Shown: positions 1 through 8,789 of the stretch, piece by piece
Layout of the letters: the number at the start of each line of letters is the position of its first letter
Position numbering within the stretch: the stretch's first letter is position 1
DNA from: Acidobacteriota bacterium
Lineage (GTDB): Bacteria > Acidobacteriota > Terriglobia > UBA7540
Length of the DNA stretch: 48,055 nucleotides
Reading direction: 5' to 3'
Assembly (NCBI GenBank): GCA_021786455.1
Contig: JAJYNF010000209.1
Span: 1 to 48,055 of the forward strand
Translations under genes and position numbers: made by a program
The notes under the pieces: model-generated
Told to the model about the DNA's origin: nothing
The model's database searches: none
Seen by the model: only the letters and a program-made list of their open reading frames with translations

Positions 1-1
1 A

Positions 2-784
2 GATGAGATTATCTGGGACTCGATCTCAAGCCCGTATGGCCATGCCGTACTGTGGATGGTTGCATGGCTGACCGCTGGCCTGACCGCCCTCTACATGCTA
101 CGTCTTCTCTTTATGACCTTTTTCGGAGAGCCGCGCTGGTCTCCCGAAGCCGGACACCACGTTCATGAATCGCCTTGGAGCATGTTGACCGCGCTGATCG
201 TTCTCGGGGCGCTCTCGGTCATCGGCGGTTACGTCAATTGGCCAACGAAACGGCTGAGTGATTTCCTGTCGCCGGTGTTCACCAACCCACAGGCGCTGCG
301 CGGAGCGCGATACGGCCCTCACCTTGAGCTGGGATTGATGTTGGCCACGCTGTTGGTGGTTCTGGCGGGCGTGGGCGCTGCTTATTGGATCTACGTCCGC
401 AAGCCCGGCTTATCCGACCGCTTCGCGGCGGCCACGGCGCCCGTCTATGAGCTGGTGTTGAACAAGTATTACGTGGACGAACTTTACGACGCCTTGATCG
501 TCCATCGCGTGAAAGACCTGGGCAATTTGCTGGCGGCGTTTGATCAGTTGGTCGTGGACGCCGGGGTGAACGGTGTGGGCTGGGCGACCCGGCTTACGGC
601 GGAGCTCTCCCGGCTGTACGACAAGTGGGTGGTGGACGGACTGGTCAATGTGGCGGCGTTTGGAGTGAAACTGCTGAGTTATCCGGCGAGAGTGATTCAG
701 ACGGGGCGCGTCCAGAGCTACGCATGGATGATTACGCTCGGCACGTTGATTTTAATGGCGTATTACCTCTCGCATTTTAAGTAA
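2..784 (+). CDS. nuoL: NADH-quinone oxidoreductase subunit L, C-terminal part (5' end outside window)
   Basis: The frame is open from base 2 into listed ORF 56..784 (DEIIWDSISSPYGHAVLW-MVAWLT...). The tail is hydrophobic and multi-helix, as in NuoL/ND5. It lies directly upstream of nuoM and nuoN in canonical order. Confidence 0.85.
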   Translation, partial: DEIIWDSISSPYGHAVLWMVAWLTAGLTALYMLRLLFMTFFGEPRWSPEAGHHVHESPWSMLTALIVLGALSVIGGYVNWPTKRLSDFLSPVFTNPQALRGARYGPHLELGLMLATLLVVLAGVGAAYWIYVRKPGLSDRFAAATAPVYELVLNKYYVDELYDALIVHRVKDLGNLLAAFDQLVVDAGVNGVGWATRLTAELSRLYDKWVVDGLVNVAAFGVKLLSYPARVIQTGRVQSYAWMITLGTLILMAYYLSHFK

Positions 785-884
785 GGGGAGGACGGCAAAC
801 GCGGTTGGAGAGGCGGGGTGGATTGAACGAACCGTCGTCGCTCCGCGTGGAGCGAACGGTTGACGCCTCGGTCAGAGGACGGCG

Positions 885-2510
885 ATGACATTTCTACATG
901 AGCACATCTTGAGCGTTGTTTTATTCACGCCACTCGCGGGAATGATTCCGCTGTTGTTCATCCCAGCGGAGAAAAAGAACGTGATCCGCTGGTGGGGCAA
1001 CCTGGTCATGTTCGCCGGATTTCTGGTTTCGCTGCCCCTGGTGTTTTGGTTTTCCTCCGCTCCCGCCACGGAGGGACTCTTCAAGTTCGTCGAGAAAACG
1101 CCCTGGATCCCAGCCATTGGCGCATCCTATCACCTCGGAATTGACGGGATCAGCTTGTTGCTGATCATGCTGACGACGGTGCTGGGATTTCTTGCCGTGC
1201 TTTCGTCATGGTCGGCGATCCAGGGCCGCGTCAAAGAGTACTACGCCATGTTCCTGCTGCTCCAGGCAGCGATGCTGGGCGTATTTATGTCCCTCGATCT
1301 GTTTCTCTTCTACGTTTTCTGGGAAGTCATGTTGGTTCCCATGTACTTCATCATCGGGGTATGGGGCGGGCCGAGGAAGCTCTATGCCGCGATCAAATTC
1401 TTTCTTTTTACGCTGGCCGGCTCGGTATTGATGTTGCTGGGCATTTTGACGCTCTATTTCCGATATCACTCCGACACCGGGCAATACACTTTCAATTACG
1501 TCCGGCTGATGGCTCACGCCAGCGCCTGGCCGTTGGACTTGCAGATCTGGGTCTTTGCGGCCTTTGCCATCAGCTTTGCCATCAAGGTTCCGATGTTTCC
1601 GTTTCACACGTGGCTTCCGGACGCGCACGTGGAAGCGCCGACGGCCGGGTCGGTGCTGCTGGCGGGCGTTCTGCTCAAGATGGGAACTTACGGATTCATC
1701 CGCTTTTCTCTGCCCCTCCTGCCACGGGCAAGCGCGGACCCGGCCGTGGTTCGGGTGATGGTGACGCTGTCCATCATCGCCATCATTTATGGCGCGCTCG
1801 TGTCCATGATGCAACGCGACATGAAAAAACTGATCGCGTATTCTTCCGTCAGTCACCTGGGATTCTGCACGCTGGGAATCTTTTCCCTTAACCCGCAAGG
1901 CCTTTCCGGGAGTGTCATTCAGCAGATCAACCACGGCATCTCCACCGGCGCGCTGTTTTTGATTGTCGGCTTGATTTATGAGCGGAGGCACACCCGGGAG
2001 ATTCGCGAGCTGGGCGGATTGTCAAGCGTCATGCCCGTTTATGCCACGCTGTTCATGATCGTGATGCTGTCGAGCATTGGGCTGCCACTGCTGAACGGCT
2101 TTATTGGAGAATTTACCATTCTGCAAGGCGCTTTTGAGGCGAACTGGCACTGGGCCGCGTGGGCCGTCGTGGGAATCGTTCTGGGCGCAGCCTACATGCT
2201 TTGGCTCTACCAGCGCACCATGTTTGGGCCGTGCGACAACCCCAAAAATCAGGTTCTGAAGGACCTGAATTTCCGAGAGATCATGACCTTGGTTCCTTTG
2301 GTGATTTGGGCTTTTTGGATCGGGCTTTATCCCAAACCCTTTTTCAGGGTGCTCAACCAGCCGGTAGAGGCCATCGTGAAAGAGGTTCATCCGAACTTCT
2401 TCAAGCCGACGCCCACAAGCGCTGTGCTTACCCCACGGATGGCGCGCCCGGCCCCCCCAGCCATCCAGCCGCGTCGTTCGAATCAAGAGGCAGCGACCCG
2501 AAGGCATTGA
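885..2510 (+). CDS. nuoM: NADH-quinone oxidoreductase subunit M
   Basis: 541-aa polytopic ORF. The motif FHTWLPDAHVEAPTAGSVLLAGVLLKMGTYG is the NuoM/ND4 signature. It is flanked by nuoL and nuoN. Confidence 0.95.
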   Translation: MTFLHEHILSVVLFTPLAGMIPLLFIPAEKKNVIRWWGNLVMFAGFLVSLPLVFWFSSAPATEGLFKFVEKTPWIPAIGASYHLGIDGISLLLIMLTTVLGFLAVLSSWSAIQGRVKEYYAMFLLLQAAMLGVFMSLDLFLFYVFWEVMLVPMYFIIGVWGGPRKLYAAIKFFLFTLAGSVLMLLGILTLYFRYHSDTGQYTFNYVRLMAHASAWPLDLQIWVFAAFAISFAIKVPMFPFHTWLPDAHVEAPTAGSVLLAGVLLKMGTYGFIRFSLPLLPRASADPAVVRVMVTLSIIAIIYGALVSMMQRDMKKLIAYSSVSHLGFCTLGIFSLNPQGLSGSVIQQINHGISTGALFLIVGLIYERRHTREIRELGGLSSVMPVYATLFMIVMLSSIGLPLLNGFIGEFTILQGAFEANWHWAAWAVVGIVLGAAYMLWLYQRTMFGPCDNPKNQVLKDLNFREIMTLVPLVIWAFWIGLYPKPFFRVLNQPVEAIVKEVHPNFFKPTPTSAVLTPRMARPAPPAIQPRRSNQEAATRRH

Positions 2511-2511
2511 A

Positions 2512-4005
2512 ATGGGAAGCCGTTTTTTTCAACTCGGCGATTACGTGATCCTCAAGCCAGAAATTCTGCTGACGATGTTCGGCTTGGCGATTCTCATCTT
2601 CGATCTCTGGCTCGACAAACCGCGCAAATATTGGAACGCCATCATGGCGTTGGTGGGCGTGGCGTTTGCCACCCTCCAGGTTTTACTTTTTTGGCAGACC
2701 GCCCTTGCCCATCCGGGGTTTACGCCTTATGCGGCGTTCGACGGCCGCTTCACCCTCGACTTCTTCGCCATTTACCTTCAGCTCATCATTTTGGCGGCGA
2801 CGGCCATCGTAATTCTGGTTTCAATCAAATACCTCGACATCGAAGAGGAGCACGACGGGGAATATTACGCGCTGCTGCTGCTGGCGGCCGTGGGGATGAT
2901 GGCGCTCGCTTCGGGCACAGACTTGATTGTCCTTTTCGTCGGCCTGGAAGTGATGGCGCTATCCGAATACGTTCTGACGGGATATTTGCGGCGCAGCCGG
3001 CGGTCGAATGAGGCGGCAGTAAAGTTTTTCCTGCTGGGGGCTTTTTCCTCCGGCCTGTTGCTGTTTGGGATGTCGCTGCTCTACGGGATCGGAGGCTCGA
3101 CCAAGCTGTCGGTTATCAGCGAGCGGCTGGCCGAGCGTCCGGTTGGCGACCCGCTCTCTTGGATTGCCTTGATTACGTTGTTGGCGGGGCTGTATTTCAA
3201 AATCGCCGCTGTGCCCTTTCATCAGTGGACTCCCGACGCCTACGAGGGCGCGCCCACGTCCATCACGGCCTTTCTGTCGGTCGGCCCGAAGGTAGCCTCC
3301 TTCGCCCTTTTCCTTCGTCTTCTCCTCGATTGCCTTTGGCCCTTGCGGCAGGAATGGCAAGCGATGACCATCGGCGTGGCCGTCGCGACCCTGACTTTGG
3401 GTAACCTTGCCGCAATCACGCAGACGAATATCAAGCGCTTTTTCGGCTATTCCACGATTTCCCACGTGGGTTATCTGCTGCTTGGAGTCGTGGCCCTAGG
3501 GAACGGCGCCGCGGGCCGCGATGGGCTAACCGCGATTTTTATCTATCTCATGGTGTACGCCTTCATGAATCTCGGGGCCTTTGGCGTTATCATCATGCTG
3601 CGGCGTAAAAATATCATCGGAGATGATATGGATGACTTCGCCGGGCTGATGTCAAGAGCCCCTGTTCCTGCCATCCTGATGGTGATTTTTCTGTTGTCGC
3701 TGGCGGGAATCCCTCCGACGGCCGGCTTCATCGGGAAATACTATATCTTCCTTTCTCTCATCGCCACAGAGCACTACGCCCTGGCTGTGGTCGCGGTGGC
3801 CTACGCCGTGGTCGCCCTATATTATTATTTTCGGATTGTCGCGTTGATGTTTATGAAGCAGGCGCGCGACACGGTGCCGCTGGCTTCCGGTCTGGGGCTT
3901 CGCGTGGCGCTCGCCGTGACGTTGAGCTTGACGCTGATCATCGGCATTTATCCGCAGCCCTTTATCGCGATGGCTCAGCAGGCGATGCGCCCGTTCTTCT
4001 CCTAG
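2512..4005 (+). CDS. nuoN: NADH-quinone oxidoreductase subunit N
   Basis: 497-aa polytopic ORF starting 1 nt after the nuoM stop. The motif PFHQWTPDAYEGAPT is typical of NuoN/ND2. Confidence 0.95.
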   Translation: MGSRFFQLGDYVILKPEILLTMFGLAILIFDLWLDKPRKYWNAIMALVGVAFATLQVLLFWQTALAHPGFTPYAAFDGRFTLDFFAIYLQLIILAATAIVILVSIKYLDIEEEHDGEYYALLLLAAVGMMALASGTDLIVLFVGLEVMALSEYVLTGYLRRSRRSNEAAVKFFLLGAFSSGLLLFGMSLLYGIGGSTKLSVISERLAERPVGDPLSWIALITLLAGLYFKIAAVPFHQWTPDAYEGAPTSITAFLSVGPKVASFALFLRLLLDCLWPLRQEWQAMTIGVAVATLTLGNLAAITQTNIKRFFGYSTISHVGYLLLGVVALGNGAAGRDGLTAIFIYLMVYAFMNLGAFGVIIMLRRKNIIGDDMDDFAGLMSRAPVPAILMVIFLLSLAGIPPTAGFIGKYYIFLSLIATEHYALAVVAVAYAVVALYYYFRIVALMFMKQARDTVPLASGLGLRVALAVTLSLTLIIGIYPQPFIAMAQQAMRPFFS

Positions 4006-4016
4006 TAGGAGGTGCC

Positions 4017-4274
4017 GTGTCGCCTCGAGGTTCAAAGTCCTCCGACGTTTGGGCGCAGGTTGCCTTCTACACAAGCCTGGGAGCGATTATACCGGGAGGA
4101 CTGGTCGGCGGTTATTTGCTGGGTTGGCTCCTGGATGAGCATTTCCACACGGCCCCGATTTTCGGTATTATAGGGGGTGGGCTCGGAACCGCAGGCGGAA
4201 TCGCCGAAGTCATCCAATTAGTTCTTCGCGCGTCAAAGAGCAATGGAGGAAAAACTCCATCACAACGCGGTTGA
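4017..4274 (+). CDS. AtpZ-like small membrane protein (putative F0F1-ATPase accessory subunit)
   Basis: 85-aa two-helix protein. The segment GGYLLGWLLDEHFHTAPIFGIIGGGLGTAGG fits the AtpZ family pattern. It is the first gene of the atp F0 block, 11 nt after nuoN. Confidence 0.7.
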   Translation: MSPRGSKSSDVWAQVAFYTSLGAIIPGGLVGGYLLGWLLDEHFHTAPIFGIIGGGLGTAGGIAEVIQLVLRASKSNGGKTPSQRG

Positions 4275-4647
4275 AGGTTCAGAGAAGAAACTGCTTCGCT
4301 GGATGATGGTTTTGGCTGGCGTGGTGACGGCGGCGCTTCTGGTTTCCGCCCGGATTCGCATGGCCGCCGGATTCGGGCTAGGCGCGGCCGTTGCCATAGC
4401 GGGTTTCTGGTGGCTGGCGCGGGCCGTCCGTTCGGCGCTGGATGCCGCCTCCGGGGGCCGTGCCAAGCGAAAAGGGATCGGCTTTTTCTTTTTCCTGCGC
4501 TACCCGCTGGCGTTGGGAGCGGTGCTGCTGATCTACAAGACGCATTGGCTGCCCTTGCTCGCGGTTTTAGCGGGAATGTTTGTGCCCCTCGCAGGGGCCA
4601 TCTTTGAATCTCTGGTCCAGTTGTCAACGTGGGCAAAGGAACCTTGA
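4243..4647 (+). CDS. atpI: ATP synthase protein I (AtpI-like)
   Basis: 134-aa membrane protein located between the atpZ-like gene and atpB. Its position and hydropathy fit AtpI. ATG 4243 overlaps the atpZ-like gene by 32 nt; an alternative ATG lies at 4303. Confidence 0.6.
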   Translation: MEEKLHHNAVEGSEKKLLRWMMVLAGVVTAALLVSARIRMAAGFGLGAAVAIAGFWWLARAVRSALDAASGGRAKRKGIGFFFFLRYPLALGAVLLIYKTHWLPLLAVLAGMFVPLAGAIFESLVQLSTWAKEP

Positions 4648-4744
4648 CGTCCTCTAACAACGGGCCGCTTTTAACTGCCGGGCAAGCAAGCGCGCGACGG
4701 CAAGAGAGTTAATCAGATCGAGTCGGACGGTCCAACACAACGCC

Positions 4745-5500
4745 ATGACGCATGAACTTTGGTTTACAGCGATCCTGAACGGCCTTTTCGGCCAGTCGGT
4801 CACCGCCCTTCTGGACATGCTTGCGCGTATTCCCCACCTAGCCTTTGTGCGGCCTGCCGACCCGCTCCATCCGATTCCGAATTACGTCGCCGGAGAAATC
4901 CTGGTTTTTCTGGTGATAGTAGTGGGCGCGCTGATTCTCCGAAGCCGCTTGTCGGTCGAAAACCCTGGTAAGCTCCAGACGGCTATGGAAGCGTATCTCC
5001 AATTCAACCACGGCCTGGTGGACGACGTGATTGGCCACGGAGGGCGCCGGTACGTCGCCATGATTGGCACGCTTGGGCTCTTCATCCTGCTGTGCAACAT
5101 TGAGGGGTTGGTACCGACACTGGTCACGCCGACCGCAACCGTCGTTGTACCCCTGGGATGTTCCGTGGTGGTCTTCCTGCATTACAATTACCACGGGTTT
5201 CGGGTGAAAGGAATCCGGGGGTATCTGCGCCATCTGAGCGGTCCGATGGTTGCCATCGCGCCGCTGTTTTTCGTGGTTGAACTGTTCAGCAATTTCCTTC
5301 GGATGTTGTCGCTCACCGCGCGTCTTTGGGCCAACATGCTGGCTGGGGTCACCTTGCCAGATGTTTTTGGCTCCATCGTTCCGGTGGGTGTTCCGGCGCT
5401 TTTTATGGCGTTGCACGTTTTTGAGTCTTTCTTGCAGGCTTACGTTTTCATGATTCTTCCAGCGCTTTATATCAGCTTGGCCACTTCGGAAGAACACTGA
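4745..5500 (+). CDS. atpB: F0F1 ATP synthase subunit a
   Basis: 251 aa. The segment LSLTARLWANMLAG carries the essential Arg, and the following helix ESFLQAYVFMIL is also an a-subunit hallmark. Confidence 0.95.
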   Translation: MTHELWFTAILNGLFGQSVTALLDMLARIPHLAFVRPADPLHPIPNYVAGEILVFLVIVVGALILRSRLSVENPGKLQTAMEAYLQFNHGLVDDVIGHGGRRYVAMIGTLGLFILLCNIEGLVPTLVTPTATVVVPLGCSVVVFLHYNYHGFRVKGIRGYLRHLSGPMVAIAPLFFVVELFSNFLRMLSLTARLWANMLAGVTLPDVFGSIVPVGVPALFMALHVFESFLQAYVFMILPALYISLATSEEH

Positions 5501-5641
5501 CAAATGTGGATGCTCATACGTCTTTTTGAGGTTCGATCCGCGAGCGTGAGACTTATCCTGCCCCCGCAGCGATAAGGAACCACCCACTGGCGGAAATTCA
5601 AAAGGCTCTTCGCGACGAACCGAAGAGTTAAGGGAGGAAGC

Positions 5642-5956
5642 ATGAAGGGCAAGATTTTAGGCTTGATGACAGCAGTGATGGGATTGCTTTACGCGGCGCC
5701 ATTGTTTGGGCAAACGCAGCCCATAATGATGAGTAACGCCAGCAACTGGGCGCCGATCGGAGCGGGTGTCGGGATGGCGATCGCTTCAGGACTCTGCGGA
5801 TTGGGACAAGGGCGGGCGGCGGCCGGCGCCTGCGAAGGAGTCGCGCGGAATCCGGGCGCGCGACAAGGGATCTTCTTGTTCCTGATTTTGGGGCTTATTT
5901 TCATCGAGTCGCTAGCCCTTTACACGTTCGTGATTATTTTTGTCAAGGTTAAATAG
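5642..5956 (+). CDS. atpE: F0F1 ATP synthase subunit c with N-terminal signal-like extension
   Basis: The GLGQGRAAAGACEGVARNPGA loop plus the IFIESLALY carboxylate helix form the c-subunit hairpin. AGGGAGG lies 4-5 nt upstream of ATG 5642. Confidence 0.9.
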   Translation: MKGKILGLMTAVMGLLYAAPLFGQTQPIMMSNASNWAPIGAGVGMAIASGLCGLGQGRAAAGACEGVARNPGARQGIFLFLILGLIFIESLALYTFVIIFVKVK

Positions 5957-6132
5957 CTCCGGAGGTGAGAAAGCAAACCGGGCAGCTTTGACGTTCTTGC
6001 CTTCCGATCTGATCCGCCCAATTTCGCCGCCGGGTGGGAAGCTTGTTCGAGCCGTGGCAACAGGTTGCTCCCGCTCCAGGAAACGGATAAGATTTAGGCG
6101 CGGTCGGAAAGCTTGCGGGAGGGCTTCCGCAT

Positions 6133-6426
6133 ATGGTGACGGGTTTCAACACCGAGATTGTCCACCAAGGGACGGTCTATCATATTCAAACGGAAACTCG
6201 CCGGAGCTCGGGGATCGAGACCGCCGTTTACGTGCGCGGGGCGATCATTCATTCCGTCAAGACGAGCCACGAAGATTTGGTGAGCTCCCCGGATTACACT
6301 GAAGAAAAGCTGAAAAAGCGGCTTGAGGAGCAACACCGAGACGTCATCAGCCGCATCCGTGCCGGCGACATCCGCTTCCCCGACGATTCTCAGCCCAACT
6401 CCCCTGCTCCCCCTCGGGGCGCATGA
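6133..6426 (+). CDS. hypothetical small protein (97 aa), first gene of an ATGA-chained triad
   Basis: GGGAGGG lies about 10 nt upstream of ATG 6133. The stop overlaps the next start (ATGA at 6423-6426). No domain was recognised. Confidence 0.6.
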   Translation: MVTGFNTEIVHQGTVYHIQTETRRSSGIETAVYVRGAIIHSVKTSHEDLVSSPDYTEEKLKKRLEEQHRDVISRIRAGDIRFPDDSQPNSPAPPRGA

Positions 6427-6659
6427 AGATCCAAATCAACGGAGAACAACGCGAGATTTCGGACGGCATAACGCTGGAAGCGCTTCTCCAGAGGCTGGAG
6501 TTGCCGCTCGACCGCGTGGCCGTCGAGCGTAACCGGCAGATTGTCCCGAGGCGGAAGTGGGCTGAGACGCTTCTCGAAGATGGAGATTGCCTCGAAGTGG
6601 TGCAACTGGTGGGCGGGGGCGCGCCGCCAGGATGCCTTGGGGAGCGGCTCCTTCTATGA
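6423..6659 (+). CDS. thiS: ThiS-like sulfur-carrier / ubiquitin-like beta-grasp protein with a 12-aa tail after the GG
   Basis: The first 66 aa ([12 protein letters not shown]...[34 protein letters not shown]) align by eye with E. coli ThiS over its length, including the IVPR..W and GD..E motifs and the terminal GG. The ORF then continues as [12 protein letters not shown]. Confidence 0.75.
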   Translation: MKIQINGEQREISDGITLEALLQRLELPLDRVAVERNRQIVPRRKWAETLLEDGDCLEVVQLVGGGAPPGCLGERLLL

Positions 6660-8011
6660 CCCATCCTCTGAACAGTTCATTGCCGTACGTCCTGGTCATC
6701 CTGCTGATCAAGCTGGGGGTCATCGCGTCACTCGCCAGCATCATTGCTCGATTTGACAAGTTTCGCCGGCTCTTATTAACCGAAGTCCGGACAGCCCAAC
6801 AAAAGCTTCTTTTTGCGGCCTTCCTCGGCGTGCCCTTCACGCTGGGTGTCCTGGCGCGCGTCCTGCCCACCCACTATCAAGGCACCGACCTCAGCTTGGA
6901 GATTACTGTCGTGGGCGGCTTGTTGGGCGGGATGATGGTTGGCTTGATGGTGGGAACGATGGTGAGTTTGCCCGCCCTGCTGATCGGGCATGAGATTTTG
7001 GCGCTTCCCATGGCCGTCTTGTATGCCGTCGTCGCCGGCTCAGCGCGTTGGATTTGCCCGAACAAAGAAGAAATCTGGAAGTTCTCTCCTTTCATTGACA
7101 AGAGCCTTTATCTCTCGATCAAGCAGCGGTTCAAGCAGCCGGCGATGGATTGGCAAGTCCTTCTCTTTTTGCTCTGCATTTTTCTAGAAATGACACGGAT
7201 TGCGGTGGGCCAATTGGTTCAGACGCATCGGTGGCTTTTCTACGTGAAACCCTCCAACGATTGGACGGAAGCCTTGATTATGCTCTCCACGGCTATCGCC
7301 GTGGCGCTGCCGCTGCGCATTTGGAACAGCACGCGAATGGAAAGGAAGCTCGAGGAGAAGGAACGAGCGCTCATTCAGGCTCGGGTGGACGCTCTGATTA
7401 GCCAAATCAATCCGCACTTCCTCTTCAATACTCTCAACACTATTTCTTCCCTCATTCGCTTCGACCCTGACCGGGCGCGGGAGCTTCTGGTCAAACTGTC
7501 GAGCATTTTGAGGCGAAGACTCAGAACACAAACGCACTTTGTAACCCTCCGGCAGGAACTTGAATTTATTGACGACTATCTCGACATTGAGGTGGCGCGC
7601 TTCGGGCAGGATAAGCTGCAAATTCGGAAAGAGATCGCCGCGGATACGCTTGAGGCCATCGTTCCCAGCATGATTCTGCAACCCGTCGTCGAAAACGCCA
7701 TTCGTCATGGCATCGGCCCCAAGATTGACGGCGGGACCATCACGTTTCGCTCCACGCGGGCCCAAGGCCGAACCACCGTTGAGGTGATTGATGACGGGAT
7801 TGGAATGTCGCTCGCGAGGGAAAAAGAGATTTCAGCCTCGGGCATCGGGATGGTCAACGTCCGAGAGCGGCTGAAGGCACTGTACGGCCAGGACTTTGTG
7901 ATGAAGATTGACAGCCAGCCCGGCCATGGAACGGCAGTTCGCTTCGAGTTCCCGGAGCTTTTTCCAGCCGACGAAGCCAAACTCCCCGAGGCGGCCGCGT
8001 CGCGCGCCTGA
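6656..8011 (+). CDS. LytS/YehU-type sensor histidine kinase (multi-TM sensor, no adjacent response regulator)
   Basis: It has an N-terminal multi-helix membrane module. It also has the H-box [22 protein letters not shown] and HATPase motifs ([24 protein letters not shown]). ATG 6656 overlaps the thiS-like stop (ATGA). The listed start 6587 would overlap by 73 nt. Confidence 0.9.
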   Translation: MTHPLNSSLPYVLVILLIKLGVIASLASIIARFDKFRRLLLTEVRTAQQKLLFAAFLGVPFTLGVLARVLPTHYQGTDLSLEITVVGGLLGGMMVGLMVGTMVSLPALLIGHEILALPMAVLYAVVAGSARWICPNKEEIWKFSPFIDKSLYLSIKQRFKQPAMDWQVLLFLLCIFLEMTRIAVGQLVQTHRWLFYVKPSNDWTEALIMLSTAIAVALPLRIWNSTRMERKLEEKERALIQARVDALISQINPHFLFNTLNTISSLIRFDPDRARELLVKLSSILRRRLRTQTHFVTLRQELEFIDDYLDIEVARFGQDKLQIRKEIAADTLEAIVPSMILQPVVENAIRHGIGPKIDGGTITFRSTRAQGRTTVEVIDDGIGMSLAREKEISASGIGMVNVRERLKALYGQDFVMKIDSQPGHGTAVRFEFPELFPADEAKLPEAAASRA

Positions 8012-8371
8012 CGCTCACGGCTGCTCGCCAGCCGCTGATCCCTTCGATGAGCGAGCGGCTCCGAGCGTCCTCAGCGCGTACATGCTTTGCAAGCTCCCCC
8101 GGCTCGACTTCACCCGCGATTTACCGGGAGCCCATGCCGTCTTTCATCGTCTCTGCGCCCAGCGATGCCTGCTCGGCGCGGAGCAGGCGAGGGGAAGTTT
8201 TTGTCAGGCCGAGCCGAAAGGCCTGAAACCTGCTGCGTTCCGTGATGCGTCAAAAGGTATGGTAGTATTTTGCAGCGGAAAGCACGCGCCGGCAAAAGTT
8301 CAGGCTGCGGGCTTCAGGGGGTTACAAAAACTGCGGCCGCGGCTCTGGATGCGAAAATCGCTCCGCCAAGG

Positions 8372-8716
8372 ATGAACATGGCAGACAACAACCACGAAAA
8401 GACGAAGCTCACGCCGGACTCGATGACACTGATCGAGCCGCGATTTAGAAGCATCTACAAAGCCTTTTACAAAGAGAGCTACTTCACGCCCACGGCCCTC
8501 GACCTCAAAACGAAAGAGTTGATCGCCATAGGGTGCTCGCTGGTGGCCAAATGTGAAGGGTGCTTGCAGGGCCACATCAAAAAGGCCTTGGAGATTGGAG
8601 CGACCAAGCAGGAAATCTCCGACGCCATTGTCATTGCGGTGGGCATTGGGGCGGCCAGCGTAGTGGACATATCCGACAAGGTCGCGGGTCGGCTGGACTT
8701 GCATCATTTTGACTGA
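8372..8716 (+). CDS. carboxymuconolactone decarboxylase / AhpD-like family protein
   Basis: The segment LVAKCEGCLQGHIKKALEIGATKQEISDAIVIAVGIGA carries the AhpD-like CxxC..H core. I chose the internal ATG 8372 (MNMADNN...) over the basic, low-complexity extension from 8270. Confidence 0.85.
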   Translation: MNMADNNHEKTKLTPDSMTLIEPRFRSIYKAFYKESYFTPTALDLKTKELIAIGCSLVAKCEGCLQGHIKKALEIGATKQEISDAIVIAVGIGAASVVDISDKVAGRLDLHHFD

Positions 8717-8789
8717 GCCGGCCGCAGCCGATTCCTCCCGGCTGTCCACTTGGGGATGGGGTTCAACGAGCGGTGATTGATCCTCGCCT

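Noticed and set aside
1206-1991. 261-aa minus-strand and 227-aa plus-strand ORFs inside nuoM
   Set aside because: They overlap a gene with diagnostic NuoM motifs. Their Arg/Gly/Pro-rich composition marks them as frame artefacts.
5726-5956. Shorter atpE starting at the internal Met-Met (76 aa, canonical length)
   Set aside because: No Shine-Dalgarno sequence lies upstream of 5726, whereas AGGGAGG precedes 5642. The shorter start remains possible, so it is flagged as a finding rather than assumed.
4017-5956. N-type (Na+) ATPase operon hypothesis for the atpZ-I-B-E block
   Set aside because: N-ATPase operons begin with atpD-atpC and carry atpQ/atpR, followed by atpF-A-G. Here the block follows nuoN, lacks all of those genes, and has AtpZ/AtpI-like genes typical of F-type operons.
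5957-6132. TPP (THI-box) riboswitch upstream of the thiS-like cassette
   Set aside because: No CTGAGA...ACCTGATCTGGATAATGCCAGCG-like core is present in the 176-nt gap.
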